NCBI GenBank assembly: GCA_964371945.1
Contig: CAYJPA010000003.1
Location: 29,179 to 93,178, forward strand
DNA: 64,000 bases
Origin: an uncultured Sphaerobacteraceae bacterium
GTDB lineage: Bacteria > Chloroflexota > Chloroflexia > Thermomicrobiales > UBA6265
Reading direction: 5' to 3'
Below, in pieces: positions 45,207-54,404 of the stretch. Position numbers and translations under genes: made by a program. The notes beneath the pieces are model-generated. The model searched no databases. It saw only the letters and a list, made by a program, of their open reading frames with translations, and was not told where the DNA came from. The first letter of the stretch is position 1, and each line of letters starts with the position of its first letter.

Positions 45207-46176
45207 CGATGCGATAGAGGAGGAGCAAAACGACGCCCGTCAATAAGAACAAAAACAACGTCATCGCCGCTGCATACCCGAAGCGCAAATACGAAAACGC
45301 CTCGCGATAGATGTAGAAGGGCAGGTATGTTGTCGCGTGATTCGGACCGCCGTTGCGCCCAATAATCAACGCCGGAACAAAGTTCGACTGCAGGCTGACG
45401 ATTGCGTCGCGAAGCAGCAATACCATGAGCGTCGGCGCCAGTAACGGAGTCGTGATCTTCCAGAATGCTTGCATCGCGGAACTTCCATCCACCGCGGCTT
45501 GATCCAGGAGATCGCGTGGCACGTCGCTCAGCGCGGCCAGACAAACGACAAAGCCTTCTCCGAGCTGAAACGAAAGCACCAGAATGATGGCAAATCGCGG
45601 CGGCCACTCGCCGATCGTTAATGCCGGCGAAGGGAGACCGAGCAGATCCAATCCCTGGTTGATCGGTCCGTAAATCGGATTGAGCATCCAAAGCCAGGCG
45701 ACCGCCCAGGCGATTTCCGGCACGACCGTCGGCAAGTAGACCGCCGCCCTGAAAAAGCCCGTTCCACGGCGCCGTTTGAACAACAACAAAGCGAGGAGCA
45801 TCGCTCCGCCGGCACGGAGCGGAACCCCGATCGCGATAAAGAGCAGTGAATTGCCGGCCGCGATCCAGAAAATGCGGTCGTGCAAAAGCTCACGGAAATT
45901 GTCTAGGCCGATAAAGACTGGGGCTTCGAGCGCGTTGTACGAGGTGAACGCGAGGGGAAGATGAGCAATTGCTGGAATGAACTCGAGAATGAACATCCCT
46001 AAAACAAACGGGGCCAGCATGACGCCGAGTTGGGCACGATGGCCCGGTCGCCACGACCAGAATCGCCTATTTGAATGGTGCCCGATCCGTGTCGTGTCGA
46101 TCACCCCGAAAAGATACCCGTTCAGACATACCCTGCAGGCACTAATGAGCCGCGACCGGCGATCTCCTCGCCGCAA
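45169..46176 (-). CDS. Carbohydrate ABC transporter permease (MalF-like)
   Basis: LLDQAAVDGSSAMQAFWKITTPLLAP EAA loop. The start is uncertain (TTG 46176 or GTG 46104). Confidence 0.85.
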   Translation of the reverse strand: MRRGDRRSRLISACRVCLNGYLFGVIDTTRIGHHSNRRFWSWRPGHRAQLGVMLAPFVLGMFILEFIPAIAHLPLAFTSYNALEAPVFIGLDNFRELLHDRIFWIAAGNSLLFIAIGVPLRAGGAMLLALLLFKRRRGTGFFRAAVYLPTVVPEIAWAVAWLWMLNPIYGPINQGLDLLGLPSPALTIGEWPPRFAIILVLSFQLGEGFVVCLAALSDVPRDLLDQAAVDGSSAMQAFWKITTPLLAPTLMVLLLRDAIVSLQSNFVPALIIGRNGGPNHATTYLPFYIYREAFSYLRFGYAAAMTLFLFLLTGVVLLLLYRIVGRWRLGFADVD

Positions 46177-47566
46177 TCCGTGTGTTCACGGCGAGACCGA
46201 ACAGCGCCGCCACCGCGAGGCCAGCGAAGAGCGCAATGAACCGGTCGGACTGTCCAGGATTCGGCCTCTGGACGAAAACAATCGCAAGCACACTCGAACC
46301 GGCCACACTGCCAATGTACCGCGAGGTCGAAAAAATCCCCGCGGCTGATCCCGTCTTCGTGCCCGGAACGGATTCGACCGCCGCGGCTTGCACCGCCGCG
46401 CCCGAGATCCCCAAGCCCATTCCCATCATTGCCAGCGCGACCGCAATCGGGACTAGCGTCGTCCCCCGCACCCCCGCGATCAACAACACCGCGCCCGCGA
46501 GGAGGCTCGTCGCGCCCGCGACGGCCGGCAACCAACGGCCGGCTCGGTCGGTCCAGCGCCCACCGATCGGGCCCCAAAACGCCGCGACCGCCGACAATGC
46601 CGCGAGAATGAGGCCAGACACCCGCGCATCGTGGCCGCGCACGCGCTCCAGGTAAAGCGGCAGCGCAAGCAGAGTCGTGTACATCACCAGGTTGCTCAGG
46701 CCGATCGATGCGCAGGCGGCAGCAAAGTGCGATTTCGCGAAGAGCCTGATATCGACCACCGGCGCAGGCGTGCTCAATTCCCAGCGAATGAAGATGAGCC
46801 CGATCGCAACCCCACCGACTCCGGCGATCACGGCCAGCGCGGGCAGACTGAGCTTCAACATAGTGGGAATTGCGATGATCGAACCCAGCGAAGCAGCAAA
46901 GAGAACTGTTCCAAGCACGTCGAAGCGCGGTTTTTCCGTCATCAATGCGGAGTGACGAGGCAGACTCCGCCAGCCAAGTAACAGCGCCAGTCCGACTACT
47001 GGCACGTTCGCCCAGAAGATCGACGCCCACCCAAAGGCGTGGACAAGTGCCCCTCCGATCGGCGGTCCGGATGCGGCGGCGAGACCCGTCGACAGCCCGA
47101 TCACACCAAATGCGGAGCCTCTGCGCTCCGCGGGCACCGCTTCGCGGATCATCGCCGTGCCGTTTGGAAAGGAAAGCGCACCGGCCAGCGCCTGCTGGGT
47201 GCGAAAGACGATCAGCATCGGCAGGCTCGGCGCGAACGCGCACCCCGCGGACGCGACTCCGAACCAGATCAAACCGGCAAGGTAGATCCTGCGGCGTCCG
47301 AAGAGATCCCCCAGCCGGCCGCCGACTGGTTGACCGACCGCCATCGCCACGAGATAGAGCGTGACTAGCCAGGCGGTCGCGGTGACAGAAACATCGAATG
47401 AGCGTTGGATCTCGGGAAGCGCGATCGCAATCATGGTCGAGTTCAGCGGCGCCAGCGTGGTGCCGATCGCGATCGCCGGCAACAACCACTTGCCGGCGCC
47501 GGAAAGGCCGGGGATGCGGGCCGCGATCCCCGGCGCTGGCTTCGCGTCTTGGACGACATCGGTCAT
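46142..47566 (-). CDS. MFS transporter, DHA2 (EmrB/QacA-like, 14 TM) family
   Basis: LAPLNSTMIAIALPEIQRSFDVS...WLVTLYLVAMAVGQPVGGRLGDLFGRRR is a typical DHA2 N-terminus. ATG 47566 overlaps the upstream stop (ATGA). Confidence 0.9.
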   Translation of the reverse strand: MTDVVQDAKPAPGIAARIPGLSGAGKWLLPAIAIGTTLAPLNSTMIAIALPEIQRSFDVSVTATAWLVTLYLVAMAVGQPVGGRLGDLFGRRRIYLAGLIWFGVASAGCAFAPSLPMLIVFRTQQALAGALSFPNGTAMIREAVPAERRGSAFGVIGLSTGLAAASGPPIGGALVHAFGWASIFWANVPVVGLALLLGWRSLPRHSALMTEKPRFDVLGTVLFAASLGSIIAIPTMLKLSLPALAVIAGVGGVAIGLIFIRWELSTPAPVVDIRLFAKSHFAAACASIGLSNLVMYTTLLALPLYLERVRGHDARVSGLILAALSAVAAFWGPIGGRWTDRAGRWLPAVAGATSLLAGAVLLIAGVRGTTLVPIAVALAMMGMGLGISGAAVQAAAVESVPGTKTGSAAGIFSTSRYIGSVAGSSVLAIVFVQRPNPGQSDRFIALFAGLAVAALFGLAVNTRIAARRSPVAAH

Positions 47567-49245
47567 GCGTCGAGCGTCACCACACCTCGCCCGCCATCGA
47601 CCGTGATTCGTTGTCCGGTCGCGATGATCCTTGTCGCCCCATGCGCGCCCACCACCGCCGGAATACCATACTCGCGCGCGACGATCGCGCAGTGACTCAG
47701 TGGACCACCGGTTTCAGTTACGACCGCTGCCGCAACACCAAAGAGCGGAGTCCATGCCGGCATGGTCGTGACCGCGACCAGAATTTCGCCGGGAAGAACG
47801 TGCGTCGCTTCGTCGAGGGTTCTTGCCACACGTGCGATCCCCGTCACCGTGCCACGAGAGCCTGCATTACCTTTGATCTCATTCGAAGCTTCAGATTGTT
47901 GAGGCGGACCACCAAAGAAGCGTCCGATCGCCCGCTCCATCGGGTTACCGGTCGGCGGTGGGCCGGCGGGCGGCGCGCCAATGAAGGGCGGCGGCACCAG
48001 AGTCTGTGCGATTGCCATTTCTTCTCGTCGTCGTCGAACCAATCCCCGCACGTGGTCCACCTGTTGCGCCGCGTGAGGATTGCGGAAGATGCTCTTCAAC
48101 TCGTCGGCCTGAAGCAAAAAAACGTCGTCGGAGTCTTCCAGCACCCCGTCCGCGACGAGTCGTTTCCCGACTGCAACGTAGAAGAGGCGCAAGAGCGATA
48201 GTCCTTGCTGGTCAATGTAAAAATTGTGCTCCTCCTGCAGGAACGAAGCATGGCGTGCGATCTGCAAGAGTCCTTCGAATTGTCCGCGCACGGCTTCCGG
48301 ATAGGCCGCCAGCGTTTCACGTGCAGAGTTTGCCGCGGCCTCAGCGCCTCGGGCCTTGGTCTCGTACTCCGATCGGGGATCACGGCCGCTTTGAAGGTAA
48401 TTGCGGACGCTCGAAAGCGCGAACGCCGGATCTTCCTGCCATGTTGGCGTTGCAAAATCGAACATATCTTGACGAAGTCCATAGTCGTCAAGATATGCAT
48501 TGAGACGCGAGAGAAACACCCGCCCGGACTCGCACTCTCCGAGCGCCGAGACCAGCTTGTCGGAGGGCGATTCGAGAAAGACGGTCGCCAGGCCGAGATC
48601 ACGTGCGCCGACCGAGAGATCGTACAGGCCCATCCCGGCCTTCACACTCTCCGACATGACGCCAACAAGCAGCGCATGTCCGTCGGCATCGGCGGCCCCG
48701 AAAACGTCCGAGTAGAACTCATCGAAGATCTGCATTCCCAGAAGCATCGGAATCGCGATCCGGAAATGGATCGTCCAGAGATCGCGATGAATAGCATCCG
48801 CTTCGTCGAGCATTTGAGCGATCTCAAGTGGCGACGCGTTTCGAATGTCCATCGTCCTGAGTCGCCGGAGATGGGAATGGATGGCAGGCAGGTGCTCACC
48901 TTGCCACCGCTCCCGCAGGCGACCCAGCTCGGGCTTCATCGCGGCTTCCGCCGCTTCGCCCATCGCGCGGCCCTCTTCTTCTGAAGCGGGATGGGCAAAG
49001 ACATAACGCTCAAAGTGATACCGATTTCGGCAGATTGCTTGAACATCGAGGATCGGGGTCTTGTACTCACGGGCGGCGGCCGTGAACCCAAACGAGAAGG
49101 AGGGGTTCACCGTCGATTCGGTCAGCGGATTCATCGGAAACGGAAAGTGCATCAGATCAAACGTGAAGGTCGCATTGGGATCGTCAAGCTCATTCCAATC
49201 CGCCGGAAACGCGGTTGCAGCCTCGTTGCTCGTAGTGGTTACCAT
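47563..49245 (-). CDS. PEP-utilising enzyme, central domain + phosphohistidine swivel (mobile) domain subunit
   Basis: C-terminal VVTETGGPLSHCAIVAREYGIPAVVG (PEP-utilisers mobile domain with catalytic His). GAGGAG SD lies 6 nt before ATG 49245. Confidence 0.85.
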   Translation of the reverse strand: MVTTTSNEAATAFPADWNELDDPNATFTFDLMHFPFPMNPLTESTVNPSFSFGFTAAAREYKTPILDVQAICRNRYHFERYVFAHPASEEEGRAMGEAAEAAMKPELGRLRERWQGEHLPAIHSHLRRLRTMDIRNASPLEIAQMLDEADAIHRDLWTIHFRIAIPMLLGMQIFDEFYSDVFGAADADGHALLVGVMSESVKAGMGLYDLSVGARDLGLATVFLESPSDKLVSALGECESGRVFLSRLNAYLDDYGLRQDMFDFATPTWQEDPAFALSSVRNYLQSGRDPRSEYETKARGAEAAANSARETLAAYPEAVRGQFEGLLQIARHASFLQEEHNFYIDQQGLSLLRLFYVAVGKRLVADGVLEDSDDVFLLQADELKSIFRNPHAAQQVDHVRGLVRRRREEMAIAQTLVPPPFIGAPPAGPPPTGNPMERAIGRFFGGPPQQSEASNEIKGNAGSRGTVTGIARVARTLDEATHVLPGEILVAVTTMPAWTPLFGVAAAVVTETGGPLSHCAIVAREYGIPAVVGAHGATRIIATGQRITVDGGRGVVTLDA

Positions 49246-50312
49246 GACCTTCTCCTCATCGCTCGAATACCGATCGCTGGAAAACTCCTAACAGTCGTCT
49301 GGTCTACGAAGTGCTCGCTTCGCGCTGATCGGAGGTGTCCGTTCAGTGCGCCCGGCGTCGTGATTGGGCGGGCTTGAAAGAGATACATCGTGCCGTTGTA
49401 GAAGCCACCCTCGATGTCCGCCTGAAATCCCAACTTCGACGAGAGTCCACGCGCCAGACGTCCGATTTCGGAGGCCTGCGCTTCGGTCATCACGGGCATT
49501 CGCCGCATCGCCTTCGGAACGGGCACTTCACGCGATCCCTGGCTTGTTGTCGCCGCCGGAATCACCATCAACTCCTTGTCGCCGACGACATACTCGATGA
49601 CCTCACCGCCGGGGCCGATCACGATGTGGTCTGGCACGACCAATCCCGCGACAACGGCCTCGCCGAGTCCCCAGGTTGCGGCAATCACCAGATGCTGATC
49701 GTGGCCGGACACCGGATCAGCGGTGAAAACGACGAACGAGACATCGCTTCGAACCAACTGCTGCACCACCACCGCCATTGCCGCGTCGTCGGTTGAGAAA
49801 CCGCCCGCCCGGCGATACGTGACCGCGCGCTCAGACCAGAGCGACGCCCAGCACTGCTTGATTGCTCGTTTGAGCTCGGGAAGGTCGCGCACATCCAAAA
49901 CGGTGTCGTGAAGTCCCGCAAACGAGAACTCGGCAGAATCTTCGGCGGTCGCCGACGATCGCACCGCGAAACCAATCGAGCCATCGGCCTGCGACTTCAG
50001 CCTCAGGAAACTCGATTCGATCGCATCGCTGATGTGGTCAGGAATGCTCGCAAGTTCGATCGACGCTCGAATCCCGGGCAGGTCGTCATCGCAAACATCG
50101 CTGGCTCGTTGAGGAAGCGCAAGTGATTTTGCGAACTCGTTATATGTCCGCGTGGTTAACGCGAATGCGGGCGGCACGGGTGCTCCCAGGGCGGCGAGAT
50201 CGCTCAAACTCGCGCCCTTGCCGCCGACAAGCGATCGTTCAGCGGGCGCTTCATGCAGCCAAATCACATGGCGCGACAGACCTGGAGCTTGGTCCAATTT
50301 GGAATCCCTCAT
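49239..50312 (-). CDS. PEP/pyruvate-binding (PPDK_N, ATP-grasp) domain subunit
   Basis: VGGKGASLSDLAALGAPVPPAFALTT ... MYLFQARPIT are the hallmarks of the PpsA/PPDK N-terminal nucleotide-binding domain. Confidence 0.85.
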   Translation of the reverse strand: MRDSKLDQAPGLSRHVIWLHEAPAERSLVGGKGASLSDLAALGAPVPPAFALTTRTYNEFAKSLALPQRASDVCDDDLPGIRASIELASIPDHISDAIESSFLRLKSQADGSIGFAVRSSATAEDSAEFSFAGLHDTVLDVRDLPELKRAIKQCWASLWSERAVTYRRAGGFSTDDAAMAVVVQQLVRSDVSFVVFTADPVSGHDQHLVIAATWGLGEAVVAGLVVPDHIVIGPGGEVIEYVVGDKELMVIPAATTSQGSREVPVPKAMRRMPVMTEAQASEIGRLARGLSSKLGFQADIEGGFYNGTMYLFQARPITTPGALNGHLRSARSEHFVDQTTVRSFPAIGIRAMRRRSW

Positions 50313-50460
50313 TAGGAATTAGTGATTTGTTAACATTCTTGCGCCTCCGTCCATAAAATGCAACACGCCGGTGACCTGGCATCCGGATCAGCCCGGGCTG
50401 AGGTATCGTGGCACTCATAAGATTCGCGTTCGCTTGAGCGTCAGGAAAGGGGTAGTTGGG

Positions 50461-51564
50461 ATGGATGACTTCAACTTCAATGGATTGGGAATGCATCTCG
50501 GTAATCTCGCTCGGCTGTCGAGCGCTGAAACGCGCTCGATCAGTGCTGAGAATCGAACCGGCGCCAGGGGCGGCGGCGGTATGGCCACCGAGGGAACTGG
50601 TGCAATCGCGGCGCGCGAGCTCGGTCAGGGCTGGAAACTCTCACCCAGCATCGATATCGCGGGCAGAGAAAAGGTTGTCCTGGCCGAGATCGAAGGACCG
50701 GGCGCAATTCAGCACATTTGGCTCACCGTCCATCCCACATTTTGGCGCCGGCTCGCGATCCGCTTTTTTTGGGACGGCGAACCGTCGCCGTCGGTCGAAA
50801 CCCCGCTCGGCGATTTCTTCTGCAACGGTTGGTGCGAGCGGTGCAATATCGGATCGCTCCCGGTCGCGGTCAATCCAGCCGGCGGATTCAACTCATACTG
50901 GGAGATGCCGTTCCGCAAGAGCGCGCGGATCGAGATCGAAAACTTGAGCGAAGACTCGGTGCGCGGCTTTTACTATCAGATCGACTACACACTGACCGCT
51001 ATCCCCGAAGACCGCGCGTACTTCCACGCACAGTGGCGCCGCAACAATCCGCTTCCGACCGGCGAGGTCCACACCCTGCTCGAAAGCGTGTCGGGCGCGG
51101 GTCACTATGTCGGGACCTATCTCGCCTGGGGCGTTAACCACACCGGTTGGTGGGGCGAGGGCGAGATCAAGTTCTATCTCGATGGCGACGGCGATTGGCC
51201 GACAATCTGCGGCACCGGCACCGAGGATTACTTCGGCGGCGCCTGGAATTTCGAGTTTCCACCCGGGCAATATGGCGGCTACTCGACGCCCTTCCTCGGA
51301 TTGCCGCAGGTGATCCAACCAGATGGTCTCTATCGCTCCCAGTCCCGGTTCGGAATGTACCGCTGGCACATCCAGGACCCGATCCGGTTCAAACAGGATC
51401 TTCGGGTGACCATCCAGGCGCTCGGCTGGCGTTCAAAAACCAACGACCAGAGCAGGTACCTCCAACGCCAGGACGACATTGCCTCGACCGCATTCTGGTA
51501 CCAAACCGAACCACATGCCCCGTTCCCAGCGCTGCCCGGCGTCAACAACCTCGAGGTGATCTAG
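50461..51564 (+). CDS. DUF2961 / glycoside hydrolase family 172-like protein
   Basis: LARLSSAETRSISAENRTG, EIEGPGAIQHIWLT and YFHAQWRR are typical of DUF2961. Start taken at ATG 50461. Confidence 0.8.
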   Translation: MDDFNFNGLGMHLGNLARLSSAETRSISAENRTGARGGGGMATEGTGAIAARELGQGWKLSPSIDIAGREKVVLAEIEGPGAIQHIWLTVHPTFWRRLAIRFFWDGEPSPSVETPLGDFFCNGWCERCNIGSLPVAVNPAGGFNSYWEMPFRKSARIEIENLSEDSVRGFYYQIDYTLTAIPEDRAYFHAQWRRNNPLPTGEVHTLLESVSGAGHYVGTYLAWGVNHTGWWGEGEIKFYLDGDGDWPTICGTGTEDYFGGAWNFEFPPGQYGGYSTPFLGLPQVIQPDGLYRSQSRFGMYRWHIQDPIRFKQDLRVTIQALGWRSKTNDQSRYLQRQDDIASTAFWYQTEPHAPFPALPGVNNLEVI

Positions 51565-51585
51565 GAATCCATTTGCCATGTGTAA

Positions 51586-51606
51586 GGGCGGTTCGTGAAC
51601 CGCCCA
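51586..51606 (+). terminator. Hairpin after DUF2961 gene (no U-tract)
   Basis: gggcggttc-gtg-gaaccgccc, a perfect 9-bp stem. Confidence 0.4.
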
Positions 51607-51762
51607 GTTGGCATCGATCTAGCTCCGTATCGGTAGAAGCGACGCTCAACGTAACCGTCGTAGGCATGGGACTCCGTACCCATGTGTCGACCCGCGGGTC
51701 GACGGGCTCGTCACAAATCAATTGCCGCAAATGTCGAGGGCTTCACACGGCGCTTTATCTAC

Positions 51763-52347
51763 TCAGCCCCCGCAATCTTCCTCCTGATTCGCAGCGAAGA
51801 GATGTCGGATCCCAACTGGAATCTCGAGTCCGAACCTATGGCACAGAGCCAGCACATCGTGGATATCGTTCTCGTCCGGGTCGTATCCCGTGTGAAAGTC
51901 CAGCAAGTGCTTGGCCTCGATACAACGCACCTCCCGACCGGCAATCACTCCTGTGCCTGTCAATGACCCGGCCGGAAACATGACGCCCCGCTCGGGCGGT
52001 CCGTAGACTCCATTGCCCTCGGAGTCGAGCTCGATCGCATGAATATCGACATCCCGGCCGCGGGAATCGCCGAGCACAAAGTTCCAGGGAGTGGTGTCGT
52101 CCCGCTCCTGATCGACAAAGCCGAGCGCCGACAGGAGCGAGCGGAGTTTCTCTAGATCCTTGGACTGGATCGCAATGTCCAGATCGGCATGCGGCCGCGT
52201 TTGCTCTCCAAGCAGCGCGTCGACCCCCCAGCCGCCATCGATCCAGACATGCACACCGTTGCGATCAAAAAGCTCATACATCTCAACAACGTCTTCTTTT
52301 GCCATCTGTCGTGTATCGAGAGCCATGCCACGTAACACCCTGGTCAT
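51763..52347 (-). CDS. ANT(2'')-Ia-like nucleotidyltransferase (aminoglycoside nucleotidyltransferase family)
   Basis: From my memory of ANT(2'')-Ia: VHVWIDGGWGVDALLGEQTRPHADLDI resembles LPLWIGGGWAIDARLGRVTRKHDDIDL, and GVIAGREVRCIEAKHLLDFH resembles GVIAGRPVRCNSWEAIIWDYF. Confidence 0.75.
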   Translation of the reverse strand: MTRVLRGMALDTRQMAKEDVVEMYELFDRNGVHVWIDGGWGVDALLGEQTRPHADLDIAIQSKDLEKLRSLLSALGFVDQERDDTTPWNFVLGDSRGRDVDIHAIELDSEGNGVYGPPERGVMFPAGSLTGTGVIAGREVRCIEAKHLLDFHTGYDPDENDIHDVLALCHRFGLEIPVGIRHLFAANQEEDCGG

Positions 52348-52351
52348 TTGC

Positions 52352-53329
52352 TCACGAATCGATCTGAACCGCCTTGATCACGATCCTGGTTGCCCATTGC
52401 TCGCCGGGCGGAAGCACGATCAAACCCGTTTCAATCCCTCGGGCACTCAGAGAGAACGCGTCCGGAACTGTCGTCCACGGCTCGACGGCCACCGCCCCTC
52501 GATGCTCAGGGGTGTAGATCACGCAGTTTTGAAAGACAGGGGGAAACGACTGATCGATGCGAAAACCCGAAGCCTGATCGTCAATCGAGGTGTGCACGAG
52601 TCCATCGGCACGCACCTTGAGCGCGGTAAGAACACCATCGAACACCAGCTCCGAAAATCTCTTGCCGTCCCGGAAGCCGGTCCTTCCAGCAGCTTCCAAT
52701 CGATTCCCGGTCGGCAGTCCTCCGTCGTGCTCCCAAACTTCGGCTGCGGGCACGGTCACGACTGATTCCAGCGCGGCTTTCGGATCGGCCGGCAGTCGAA
52801 AATACGGATGCGTTCCGAACCCGAATGGCAGCGGGTCGTCGTCTGGGTTCTCGATCACGATGTCCGAGATCAAGCCGGCTCCTACGACGCGATACGTGAC
52901 TTGAATTCGGAAATCAGCCGGCCATTGCTCGAGCAGTGATGGATCATCGACCGACGCGTGAAACTCGCCGGTAACTTCGTTCTCTGCCTGGTGAACGATC
53001 CGCCAAGGCCGCGAAAGAACGAACCCGTGCGCGACATTCCCACCAAAGTTGAGCGCCACTCCTGTGATGTGATATTCGCGTCCTTGAAATTCGAACCACT
53101 CGCCCTTCAGGCGTCCTGCGAATGGAAAGAGGAGCGGAATGCCATGCAATGACAGTGTGCTCTCTGGACCGAACTCTTCCTCTGCGTAGAGAACATCGAT
53201 GTTCGAATCACCAGCGATGGCAATGAATCGAAAACAGTTGAACCCGACTGTCGTCAGGATGCTCGCGCTCGATCCGGTTGCATCGTCGCGAATCGTGACC
53301 ACGTCATCTCCGGACATCTGTTCGTTCAT
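52352..53329 (-). CDS. Aldose 1-epimerase (galactose mutarotase-like) family protein
   Basis: HGIPLLFPFAGRL and GTHPYFRLP motifs. The start is uncertain (ATG 53329, 53317 or 53398). Confidence 0.75.
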   Translation of the reverse strand: MNEQMSGDDVVTIRDDATGSSASILTTVGFNCFRFIAIAGDSNIDVLYAEEEFGPESTLSLHGIPLLFPFAGRLKGEWFEFQGREYHITGVALNFGGNVAHGFVLSRPWRIVHQAENEVTGEFHASVDDPSLLEQWPADFRIQVTYRVVGAGLISDIVIENPDDDPLPFGFGTHPYFRLPADPKAALESVVTVPAAEVWEHDGGLPTGNRLEAAGRTGFRDGKRFSELVFDGVLTALKVRADGLVHTSIDDQASGFRIDQSFPPVFQNCVIYTPEHRGAVAVEPWTTVPDAFSLSARGIETGLIVLPPGEQWATRIVIKAVQIDS

Positions 53330-53436
53330 AAAAACGGTCCGATCCTGTCTGGCTTTCGCATCGATCCACATAGCGGTTGTTCTCGATCTTCGCTTCACTC
53401 TTCAGCCGCCCAAGCATTTAAATCGATGCTTAGTCA

Positions 53437-54075
53437 TCAGCCGCGTCGGGAGCCAACCAGCGCCGTCGAAATCCCGAGCGCTATGTAAACGGTCCCCGCG
53501 ATGTAGCGTTGCGATCGCCTGAACCCAACGCTGCTTTTCAACCAACGGCCGGCCGTGCTCCCCAGTAGCGCATAACCACTGTTCGTCACGATTCCAAGCA
53601 GCACAAAAACAGCTCCGAGCACCAGAAATTGGCTCCAGGCCGCGCCATGATCGGGATCTACGAATTGCGGAAAGAATGCCAAGAAGAAGATCGCTGTTTT
53701 CGGATTGAATACCGCGATCATCAATCCCTGCACGAACACTCGATGCGCCGGCGCAACCGCCGGCTTCGATTCTTCAATCACGGCACGGCGATCGAGCAGC
53801 GTGCGAATGCCCAAATAGATCAGATACCCAGCTCCGAGAAACTTCACGACTGAGAACGCCATGGCCGATGAGCGAAGGAGCGCGGAGAGCCCAACCGCGG
53901 CCGCTGTCACATGGACGAGGTCACCCGCGCCGATACTCAACGTCGAAATCAGAGCCGGTCGCCGACCCTGGTCGATCCCTCTCGCCACGAGATAGAGCAC
54001 GTTTGGACCGGGCAGCAAGAGCAATGCGAGCGCCGCCAAGACAAAAACGGCAAGTGTCGATCCGTCCGGCATCAT
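53437..54075 (-). CDS. LysE/RhtB family amino-acid exporter
   Basis: LLLPGPNVLYLVARGIDQGRR is typical of LysE. GGGAGA SD before ATG 54075. Confidence 0.85.
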   Translation of the reverse strand: MMPDGSTLAVFVLAALALLLLPGPNVLYLVARGIDQGRRPALISTLSIGAGDLVHVTAAAVGLSALLRSSAMAFSVVKFLGAGYLIYLGIRTLLDRRAVIEESKPAVAPAHRVFVQGLMIAVFNPKTAIFFLAFFPQFVDPDHGAAWSQFLVLGAVFVLLGIVTNSGYALLGSTAGRWLKSSVGFRRSQRYIAGTVYIALGISTALVGSRRG

Positions 54076-54404
54076 GTTTCTCCCTGACTTGGCGCCCGTC
54101 ACCATTCAAGCTCGCGATGTCAGCATTATGAAGGTTCTGACGTCGCCAAGTGCGGGTCAACTCAACGTCCTCGTATCCAGTTCCGCCTCGGATCGACCAT
54201 GAACGAATCGAGCAACGCTCAACAGGCCAAATGGGGGGTGGCAAGAACTCTTTCCATCCATCATTTTGAAGAGTATCTGCTGCTCGCATGATGGCGCGAG
54301 TTGCTATGCGCATTTTTGAGAGTCGGGCAAGCGTGGTTCGTTCGAACAAATACCAGATAAGGCCAAACATCGTACGACGGAGCTCACTCCGCTCTACTCA
54401 AGCC

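Noticed and set aside
49239-49360. Possibility that the two PEP-utilising ORFs are one gene broken by a frameshift.
   Set aside because: This is not fully excluded. However, the second ORF has its own ATG with a GAGGAG SD at ideal spacing and overlaps the first stop in a typical coupling arrangement. I kept it as a finding with this alternative stated as the refutation test.
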